Of a stretch of 64,000 nt of DNA, positions 56,080 to 64,000 are shown piece after piece. Source of the stretch: an uncultured Actinomycetota bacterium. GTDB lineage: Bacteria; Actinomycetota; Actinomycetes; Streptosporangiales; Streptosporangiaceae. The notes beneath the pieces were generated by a model. The model made no database searches, had not been told where the DNA came from, and saw only the letters and a program-made list of their open reading frames with translations. Every line of letters starts with the position of its first letter. Position 1 is the stretch's first letter. Position numbers and translations under genes: made by a program. The stretch spans positions 20,150-84,149 of the forward strand of contig CAVTKQ010000035.1 of the NCBI GenBank assembly GCA_963735315.1, read 5' to 3'.

Positions 56080-56739
56080 CTACTCAGTCGTGTCGTGAAT
56101 ATCTAGCTTTGCGAGCAGACCCCAGCGGGGGTCTAGCTTGTCGCCGTGCTTGTGCTCCGGGCCGACGTCCGCGAGCTTCGCGCCGCACTCGACGCACAGC
56201 CCGGGGCAGTCGTCCCGGCAGAGCGGCGACAGCGGCAGCGCGAGCACCACAGCATCGCGGAACGCTGGCTCCAGGTCAAGAAAGTCGCCGTCGAGGAAGC
56301 GCTCCTCGCCGTCGTTCTCGTCCTCACCCGGGTCCGGCAGGTACCGATAAAGCTCTTGGAAGCTGACCTCGATGGTGGAAGTCAGCGGGTCCAGGCAGCG
56401 CGCGCACTCGCCCGTGAGCGGGGCAACCGCCGAGCCGGTGACAAGCACCCCCTCGGAGACCGCCTCGAACCGCAGGTCGAGCGCCACGTCACCGCCAGCA
56501 GGCACCAAGACTAGCCCAGAACCGAGACCGTCCGGCGCACTCGCCGTCCGCTTCTGGTCCTTGAACTCCCCTGGCCGCTTGCCGACCGCGCGCATGTCGA
56601 ACACGAAGTCACCGCTGCCACGGACGTGTGAGCTGACTGGCGTGCTGCCTTTCGACACCTGACCTGCCTGACCCGTGTCCTCGCCGTGTGCACCGGGCAC
56701 CCCGCGCGCGACTGATTTATCGTTTCCTTTGGACATCAC
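56080..56739 (-). CDS. DUF177/YceD protein (true start probably further downstream)
   Basis: GECARCL, PLCRDDCPGLCVECG, DPRW. Confidence 0.9.
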   Translation of the reverse strand: MMSKGNDKSVARGVPGAHGEDTGQAGQVSKGSTPVSSHVRGSGDFVFDMRAVGKRPGEFKDQKRTASAPDGLGSGLVLVPAGGDVALDLRFEAVSEGVLVTGSAVAPLTGECARCLDPLTSTIEVSFQELYRYLPDPGEDENDGEERFLDGDFLDLEPAFRDAVVLALPLSPLCRDDCPGLCVECGAKLADVGPEHKHGDKLDPRWGLLAKLDIHDTTE

Positions 56740-56835
56740 AGTTTATCGTGTAGGTGATTGTTTGGCCGACGGATTAGCGTACCCGTGACCTGAGGTATTC
56801 CCAACTTGAAGGTTTTCGCCGGCCAGGCGGGCCGC

Positions 56836-57315
56836 CTACTCCTCGGCGAGGCGGGCGTGCAGCCGTCCGAGGACCGGCTCGGGGACCAGTCCGCTGACGT
56901 CGCCGCCGTACTTGGCGATCTCCTTGACCAGGCTAGAGCTCAGGAACGAGTACAGCGGGTTGGTCGTCATGAACAGCGTCTCGATCTTGGCGAGACGGTA
57001 GTTCATCTGCGCCATCTGCATCTCGTACTCGAAGTCGCTGACCGCGCGCAGGCCCTTCACGATCGCGTTGACGCCGTTCGCCGCGCAGAAGTCCACGAGC
57101 AGGCCATGGAACCGCTCGACGCGGACGTTGCCGTAGCCCTTGGTGACCTCGGTGAGCAACTCGACCCGCTCATCCACGGTGAACAGGGACTTCTTCGTGA
57201 TGTTGATGAGAACGGCGACGATCACCTCGTCATGCAGTCCGGCCGCCCGGCCGATGATGTCCAGATGACCGTTCGTTACCGGGTCGAACGAACCAGGGCA
57301 TACCACCCGAGCCAC
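56836..57315 (-). CDS. coaD: Phosphopantetheine adenylyltransferase
   Basis: [30 protein letters not shown]. Confidence 0.97.
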   Translation of the reverse strand: MARVVCPGSFDPVTNGHLDIIGRAAGLHDEVIVAVLINITKKSLFTVDERVELLTEVTKGYGNVRVERFHGLLVDFCAANGVNAIVKGLRAVSDFEYEMQMAQMNYRLAKIETLFMTTNPLYSFLSSSLVKEIAKYGGDVSGLVPEPVLGRLHARLAEE

Positions 57316-57321
57316 GCGGCA

Positions 57322-57990
57322 TCACTCCTCATGCGCCCGGCCGGGCGCGTCAAGCGACGACTCCGGCACGGCGGCCCGCGGTTGTCCCGCTTGGTCCGCC
57401 TCCGCGCCGCTGTCGTACCAGCCGTACCAGAAGGTGGCCTCACCGTACCTGCGCGACTTTCCCGCGGCGTAGCCGGGGGGCCAGTCAAAGGGCCCCGACC
57501 TGGTGGCCCGTTCCACCACGACGAGCGCGCCGTCGGCGAGCCAGCCGGCCGACAAGAGGCCGAGCACCCTCGCCACGGCCTCGTCCGCCACCGCGTAAGG
57601 CGGGTCGGCGAACACCAGGTCGTAGCCGTCGGCACCGTGCTGGCCGGGGTGCTCGCCCGGCGGGCGGTCGAGTAGCCGTTCCACCCGGTCGGCGGCCACC
57701 GTGGCGCCGGGCAGGCCCACCGCCTTGACGTTGGCCTTGACGACCGTCGCCGCGCGGGCGTCGGACTCGACGAGCAGCACGCTGGCCGCCCCGCGCGACA
57801 GGGCCTCGAGGCCGACCGCGCCTGAGCCCGCGTACAGGTCCATGACGTGCATTCCGCCGAGGTCGCCGAACTCGGACATGACCGAGGCGAACAGCCCCTC
57901 CCTGGCCCGGTCGCTCGTCGGCCTGGTGGACGTGCCCGGCGGGACCGACAGCCGACGTCCCCCGGCTGCCCCCGCGATAACGCGCGTCAC
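57322..57990 (-). CDS. rsmD: 16S rRNA m2G966 methyltransferase
   Basis: TRPTSDRAREGLF, DLYAGSGAVGLEALSRGA, DPPY. Confidence 0.95.
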   Translation of the reverse strand: MTRVIAGAAGGRRLSVPPGTSTRPTSDRAREGLFASVMSEFGDLGGMHVMDLYAGSGAVGLEALSRGAASVLLVESDARAATVVKANVKAVGLPGATVAADRVERLLDRPPGEHPGQHGADGYDLVFADPPYAVADEAVARVLGLLSAGWLADGALVVVERATRSGPFDWPPGYAAGKSRRYGEATFWYGWYDSGAEADQAGQPRAAVPESSLDAPGRAHEE

Positions 57991-58000
57991 GGGCCTACCC

Positions 58001-60341
58001 TCAGGCCTTGTCGAGGAACTCGGCGCGGCGGTCGCCGAGGAAGTCGTCGATCGCCTCCTTGAGGGCCTGGTGGCTGGCCAGCTTCGGGTCGGCGGCGACC
58101 AGCGTCGCCGCTTCCTCGCGGGCCGTCGCGATCAGGTCCTCGTCGGCCAGGAGCCGCAGCAGCTTCAGGCTGCTGCGGCGGCCTGCCTGGGCCGAGCCGA
58201 GCACGTCGCCTTCGCGGCGCTGCTGCAGGTCGAGGCGGGAAAGCCGGAAGCCGTCTCCGGTCGCGGCGACCGCGTCGAGCCGTTCCCTGGCCGGGCTGCG
58301 CCGGCGGCGCCTCGGTCACCAGCAGGCACAGCCCCGCGTCGCGGCCCCGGCCCACCCGGCCGCGCAGCTGGTGGAGCTGGGAGACGCCGAACCGCTCGGC
58401 GTCCATGATCACCATGACGGTGGCGTTGGGCACGTCCACGCCAACCTCGATGACCGTGGTCGAGACGAGCACGTCGAGTTCCCCGGCGGCGAACGCGGTC
58501 ATCACCCGGTCCTTCTCATCCGGGACGAGCCGCCCGTGCATGATGCCGAGGCGCAGCCCGGCGAGGGGCCCTTCGGCCAGCTCCGGCGCCACCTCAAGGA
58601 CGGCGAGCGGCGGCCTGCGCGCATCCTGGCCGTCGGCGAGCGCCGGGCTCTCCCGCCGCAGCGATCGCCAAGCACGGGACTCCTCGGGCGCGTCCGGCCC
58701 GGGGCCGGGCGCCGGCAGGTCGGCACCGTCGCCGTCATCGTCCGCGTCGCCGATGCGCGGGCAGACCACGTAGGCCTGACGGCCCGCCGCGACCTCCTCG
58801 CGGACCCGCTGCCACGCCCGGTCCAGGTAATGCGGCCGCTCCACGGCGGGCACCACGTGCGTCGCGATCGGCGACCGGCCGGCAGGCAGCTCCGACAGCG
58901 TCGATATCTCAAGGTCGCCGAAAACGGTCATCGCGACCGTGCGCGGGATCGGCGTCGCGGTCATCACGAGCACGTGCGGCCGCGAGCCCGCGGCCTTCTC
59001 CCGCAGCGCGTCCCGCTGCTCGACGCCGAACCGGTGCTGCTCGTCGATGACCACCAGGCCGAGGTCGGCGAACTGCACCTGGTCCTCGAGCAGCGCGTGC
59101 GTGCCGATGAGGATGCCCGCGTCACCGGTGAAGACGTCGCTCAGCGCGCTGCGCCGCGCGCGCACGCCCGTCGAGCCGGTGAGCAGCGCCACCCGGGTCG
59201 CCTGCTCCGCTGTGCCTGACTCGCCTAGCGCCGAGTTGGCCGACGCTGAGCTGGCCCGCCGCCCCGAGCGGGCCGAGCAGCGCGCTGATCGACCGGTAGT
59301 GCTGCTGGGCGAGCACCTCGGTCGGGGCGAGCAGCGCGGCCTGCCCGCCCGCGTCCACCACCTGCAGCATGGCCCGCACCGCGACCACCGTCTTACCGGA
59401 CCCGACCTCGCCCTGGAGCAGGCGGTTCATCGGGTACGCGCAGGCCAGGTCATGCGCGATGACCTCGCCGACCGAGCGCTGCCCCTCGGTGAGGGTGAAC
59501 GGCAGCCGCCGGTCGAACGCCGCGGCGATCCCGTCCTCGGCCGGCGGCCGGGGCACCGCGGGCATCGCCGCCGCGGCGTGCCGCCGCTGGGCGAGCGCGG
59601 CCTGCATGGTGAACGCCTCGTCCCACTTGAGCCGCTTGCGCGCGTGCCGCAGGTCCGTCGCGGTCCGTCGGCCGGTGGATCGCCCTGATGGCCAGCTCCC
59701 GTGGCCAGAGGTCATGCTTCGCGCGCACCAGTCTCGGGCAGCGGGTCCTCGCCCGCGTCCAGGGTCTCGAGCACGGCGTCGATGTGCCGGGAGATCGCCC
59801 ACGAGGTCAGCTTGGCGCTCGCCGGGTAGACCGGGATCAGCTCGGTGGCGAACTCCTCGGCCAGCTCGGCGGTCAGCCGCTCGTCGGCGGCGGAGACCGG
59901 GAGCAGCTCGTACTCGGGGTGTACCAGCTGGCGGCGGCCGCGGAAGCTCGACACCGTGCCCGCGAACAAGGCGAGGGCGCCCTGCTTCAGCTGCTTCGCG
60001 TGGAAGCCGACGCCGGCGAAGAACGTGAGCTGCAGCTTGCCCGTGCCGTCGGTGACGATGACCTCGAGCCGCTGCTTGTAGTGGCCCCGGCCAGGCGGCG
60101 CGTTTGGCCGCTGCCCGGGAGCGGTGCCCCCGATCACGCTGGCCATGGCCACCCGGGCGAGCACCGTGACGTGGTCGCCTTCGCTCAGGGAGTCGAGCGG
60201 GGTCAGCTCGCCCCTGGTGTAATAGCGGCGCGGGTAGTGGCGCAGCAGGTCACCGACCGTTCGCAGGCCGAAGACCTTCTCGAACGTGTCGCTCGCCTTC
60301 TTGCCCAGCACCTGGGCCAAAGGATCGCGGAGCGTGGTCAC
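58001..60341 (-). CDS. recG: ATP-dependent DNA helicase RecG (frameshifted)
   Basis: LLQGEVGSGKT, DEQHRFG, TATPIPRT, QLRGRVGRG. Confidence 0.95.
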
Positions 60342-60551
60342 GTGGCCAGCATAAGAGTGCTCACCGACATTCCGGCACACGGTCAACTGGAAGTAGTCCA
60401 GCGACGAGCAGGCACCGGCGTCCCGCGACGGTTCGCGCGGGAGGTACGGCGTCGGGTATGCTTCGCAGGCTGCTTCAGTTCCGCGCTGGTGCTTGACCGC
60501 CGCCGGATGAGGCGCTGACAGACTCTTCCAATCCTACTTATGGAGGCAGCC

Positions 60552-60737
60552 GTGGCTTCCGTCTGCGACGTTTGCGGCAAGGGGCCGGGCTTCGGCAACA
60601 ACGTGTCGCACTCGCACGTCCGCACTCGCCGTCGCTGGAACCCGAACATCCAGACCGTTCGGGCGATCGTGTCAGGGACGCCCAAGCGCCTGAACGTGTG
60701 CACCTCCTGCATCAAGGCTGGCAAGGTCACCCGCTAG
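60552..60737 (+). CDS. rpmB: 50S ribosomal protein L28
   Basis: [18 protein letters not shown]...RRRWNPNIQ...[10 protein letters not shown]. Confidence 0.97.
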   Translation: MASVCDVCGKGPGFGNNVSHSHVRTRRRWNPNIQTVRAIVSGTPKRLNVCTSCIKAGKVTR

Positions 60738-60751
60738 GCACAGTCCTTCCG

Positions 60752-60789
60752 CGAGCCGATGCGCCTCAGTGGCGCGTCGGCTCGTTTTT
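60752..60789 (+). terminator. Intrinsic terminator of rpmB
   Basis: CGAGCCGATGCGCC/GGCGCGTCGGCTCG stem followed by TTTTT. Confidence 0.85.
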
Positions 60790-61010
60790 ATGCCCGAGAC
60801 GCGCCACCGCGGGCGAGTTCCGGAAGCACCCGCGGGCGCGTTCCGGAAGATGCGTTCGAGTGGATCGCTGATATCGCCCTGGCGTATCCAGCGATCCAAG
60901 ATCTTTTCGCCTGGCCGACGACGCGGGCGTTATGCCCCAATTGCCCAATTCGGGGCAGGGTGGGAACGAGCCCGCCGGCCGCAGCCGGACGAATTCGCGC
61001 GTGGCTGCGG

Positions 61011-62294
61011 TCAGCGGAAGTGCTGCCAGCCGCCCGGGCCGTCGTGCGGCGCGCCGTCCACCGTGACGCCGGCGCCCGCGCGGACCTCGCCGATCACGTG
61101 CCAGCGGCCGGGAAGCACCGTGCCCGGCGGGAACGCGGCGACCAGGGAGTGATCCTCGCCGCCGGTCAGCACCCACTCCAGGGCCATGGCGGCCGCCGCG
61201 GCTTCCCAGTCGGCGCGGGCGATGAGAGCCGCCGGGGGAGCAGGCGGGGAGGATGACGCGCCTTCCCCACCCGCGCGGGCCGGGGAGTCCGCCCGGGGAA
61301 CGGGCGGGGAGTGAGCGTAGGCCGCAGGCGGGCCGTGGTCTGGATGAGCGCGGCGGACGCCAGCAGCGACGCCGCGGCCGCGCGCAGGGCGGCGCTCGGC
61401 GCGAGCCTTTCGCGGTTGACGTTGACCTGGACGCCGCTCGCGGCGGCCACGTGGCCGAGGTCGGCCAGCAGGCCGTCGCTGACGTCGATCATCGCGGTCG
61501 CGCCGAGCCTGGCCGCCTCCGGGCCCGCGTCGTAGGGCGGCGCGGGGCGCCGGTGGGCGGTCACGAGCCCGGCGAGCGCGCCCGTGCGGCCGGTGACGCC
61601 GCGCCTGGTGACCCGGTCCAGGGGCGCCGCGCTGATGACGCCGTCGTGCCGGTGACGTCGTGCCTGGTGACGCCGGCGGCTGGTGACGCCGCGCTTGGTG
61701 ACGCCGTGCCTGGTGACGCCGTGCCTGGTGACCGGGCCGGGGCCGGCGCGATGCCCGCGGTGAGCAGGGCGAGGCCGGCCGCCGAGTGGCCGAGCGGGCC
61801 CGCCACGGCCAGTACGTCGCCCGGCCTGGCGCCGCCGCGGAGCACCGGGCGGCGGCCGCCCAGGTCGCCAAGGGCGGTAACGGACAGGGTGACCGTGTCC
61901 GCGCGGGCCGTGTCGCCGCCGACGATGCCAGCGCCGGCCCTGGTGGCCTCGAACGCCAGTCCTTCGGCCAGGTCGGTGGCCCAGCGGGCCGGGAGGGTGC
62001 CGGGGGCGGCCAGGGCCACGAGCAGCGCGGTGTTCACCGCGCCCATCGCCGCGATGTCCGCCAGGCTGCGCGCGGCGGCCTTCACGCCGACGTCATAGGC
62101 CGAGGACCAGTCGCGGCGGAAGTGCCTGCCCTCGATCAGCAGGTCGACCGCCGCGACCACGCTGCCCGACGGCGCGGCGACGACCGCCGCGTCGTCGCCG
62201 ATGCCGACCGAGGTCAGCGCGCCCGCGGGCATCCGCGCCGCCAGGGCCGCGATGACCCCCCACTCGCCCAGGTCCGCTACGGACCCGTCCTCAC
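61011..62294 (-). CDS. thiL: Thiamine-monophosphate kinase with low-complexity insertions (frameshifted)
   Basis: GDDAAV, LADIAAMG, VGGDT, AMIDVSDGL, GGEDH, GWQHF. Confidence 0.9.
61592..61733. repeat. Degenerate 15-bp tandem repeat inside thiL
   Basis: Unit approximately TGGTGACGCCGTGCC, roughly 8-9 copies. Confidence 0.8.
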
Positions 62295-62540
62295 CAGCGA
62301 TCTCGCCGCCTCCACGCGCCGCGCCTGCCTTGAACGCCTAAGCGTAACCAGGCGGCAGGCCCGGCAGCTGCGCCCGGGTAGCCGTCGACAGCGCGGGCCG
62401 CCCGCGGGGCGCGCGAAAGCCGGGGTGACGACGGTCACGGCCCGCACCGCGGCGCAGGCCGCGCGGCCACGCCGCCACGCCGCCACGCCGCCGCGCCGTC
62501 GCGTGGCTGCGCAATCAGTCGCGCGATGGCCGGTTATGGT

Positions 62541-62609
62541 CATGATCGCGAAGAATTCGGCGGTTATTCACGATGAATCCTTTGCGAAAAGTAAATACCT
62601 TGTGATCAT
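62541..62609. repeat. Degenerate REP-like element
   Basis: ATGATCGCGAAGA identical to 2011-2023; right arm CTTGTGATCAT. Confidence 0.55.
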
Positions 62610-62795
62610 CGTCACAAGGGATGAAGTAGCAGTGCACAGGCCAGATGAGCGTGCATGCGTGCGTGCAGCAGCACGCGCGCCGCGGAGCGCCGCAATTCGC
62701 CAGAAAAACTGCCGACCGGTATGAAACAGGTCTGGACCATTGCTGTACCGTGACAGTTCAGGACGGCACTCGTACGCTGTCCCCAGGAGGACGCC

Positions 62796-63029
62796 ATGGT
62801 GCAGGCATACATCCTCGTCCAGACAGAGGTCGGCAAAGCCGCCGACGTGGCCCGGCAGATCGCGGAGATCGCCGGAGTCATGCAGGCGGAGGATGTCACC
62901 GGCCCCTACGACGTCATCGTGCGCGCCCGCGCCGAGAACGTGGACGAGCTCGGCAAGCTGGTCGCGGCCCAGATCCAGGCGGTCGAGGGCATTACGCGCA
63001 CGCTGACCTGCCCGGTGGTGCGAATCTAG
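62796..63029 (+). CDS. Lrp/AsnC ligand-binding-domain protein
   Basis: MVQAYILVQTEVGKA...VTGPYDVIV...ITRTLTCPVV. Confidence 0.92.
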   Translation: MVQAYILVQTEVGKAADVARQIAEIAGVMQAEDVTGPYDVIVRARAENVDELGKLVAAQIQAVEGITRTLTCPVVRI

Positions 63030-63035
63030 CCGCCT

Positions 63036-63817
63036 CTAGGCGTCGGCCAGGAGCTCTGCCGCCAGCGCGGTGGTCCTCGGGCCCGCGCCAAGGGTGAGGG
63101 CCTCGCGCAGGTCGTCGGGGGTGTCCACGTCCCGGCGCAGGCCCGTCATGACGTCAAGGTCAAGTTCGGTGGCGCCCGCGGCCGCGTGCCTGGCCCGGGA
63201 TGCCCCGCCGAACAGCGGGCGGAACTCGCCGCCCGGCGGCACCGCGTACAGGGTCGTCCCGACGCAGGCCGCGTCCGGGACGAACGCCGCCAGGCCCGGC
63301 GCGGTGCCCGCCGCGCGCAGCGCCGTGGCCAGCTCGGCCGGGCTCACCGCGGGCAGGTCGGCCGTGAGCGCGGCGAGCCCGGTCCCCGGCCAGCGCCGCG
63401 CGGCCACCGTCGCGCCGTGCCGCAGGGCGGCGTTGAGCGCGTCCTGCACGCCGAGGTCGCCGGGCACGCCTGCCCGCCCGGCCCCGTCGAGGCTGGCCCC
63501 GTGGCTGGCCCCGTCCCGTTGGCCCCGTCCCCGCGGCTGGCCCCGTCCCCGCGGCTGGCCGCGCGGTCCGCGGGCTCGTCAGGGACGACGATCGCGCCGA
63601 GCGCCGCGAGCAGCGGGCCCGCCACCTGGTCGGACGTGACCACGACCACCCGCGCCACCTCCGGGCAGGCGAGCACGGCGGCGACGGTGTCCGACGCGAG
63701 GGCGAGCGCGAGCTCCTGGCGGCGGTCGCCCGCGAGGAGGGCGAGCCGTGACTTGGCGCGGGCTAGTACCTTGACTGGCAGCAGAACTGTCCAGCTAAAA
63801 CGGGCAGAGTCAGTCAT
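63036..63817 (-). CDS. cofC: 2-phospho-L-lactate/PEP guanylyltransferase for F420 synthesis (frameshifted, with insertion)
   Basis: LPVKVLARAKSRL, ADLPA, FGGASRARH, RRDVDTPDDL. Confidence 0.9.
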
Positions 63818-63945
63818 CTGGACGGAACCTGGTTCTTTTGCCGTGCCCGCCAAGCGAAACCTTGCGGCAGGGGGCACAAAGCACAAGGTTCCAGGCAAAC
63901 TTGGGAGTATGACGTGCGGAACCCGATCATGGGAAGGCCTCTCCG

Positions 63946-64000
63946 ATGAGCAAGTCTTACTCGCCTGCCTGGCGGCTGTTCACCGTCATCGTGTTTCGCC
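63946..64000 (+). CDS. 5' end of a gene divergent from cofC, possibly lysophospholipid acyltransferase
   Basis: MSKSYSPAWRLFTVIVFR; identity inferred only from usual synteny. Confidence 0.4.
   Translation, partial: MSKSYSPAWRLFTVIVFR

Noticed and set aside
61592-61733. Possible CRISPR array
   Set aside because: Units are 15 bp, abutting, without spacers and inside a gene; no cas genes or arrays seen in the window

Overview
High-GC actinobacterial chromosome segment; a Streptosporangiales-like origin is my inference. The assembly has many single-base indels that break essential genes, so frameshifts are treated as sequencing errors and coordinates of affected genes are approximate. The backbone is the conserved lepB-rplS-trmD-rimM-khpA-rpsP / ffh / glnD-glnK-ftsY-smc / fpg-rnc-rpmF-yceD-coaD-rsmD-recG-rpmB-thiL-lrp-cofC region. 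It carries two accessory blocks. (1) About 3.9-26 kb: a catabolic block with two ABC importers, two IclR regulators with visible operator-like sites, MlrC-like hydrolase, class III aminotransferase, N-acyl-D-amino-acid deacylase, DSD1-like PLP enzyme, SDRs, Zn-ADH and lactonase. (2) About 31-44.7 kb: decayed integrative elements, including a ~10 kb island bounded by 29-bp tRNA-Ser 3'-end direct repeats with internal 19-bp inverted repeats. The best candidate for an undescribed system lies in this island. An XRE/TPR-like regulator plus HFCD-fold flavoprotein pair is flanked by two inverted copies of an ~80-bp promoter-like sequence with the palindrome AGTCGCACA-N3-TGTGCGACT. One copy points at a small operon ending in a methyltransferase. 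The other points at a four-gene amino-sugar operon whose two SDR enzymes have non-canonical catalytic motifs. All calls are from motif recognition by eye; no database search was run.
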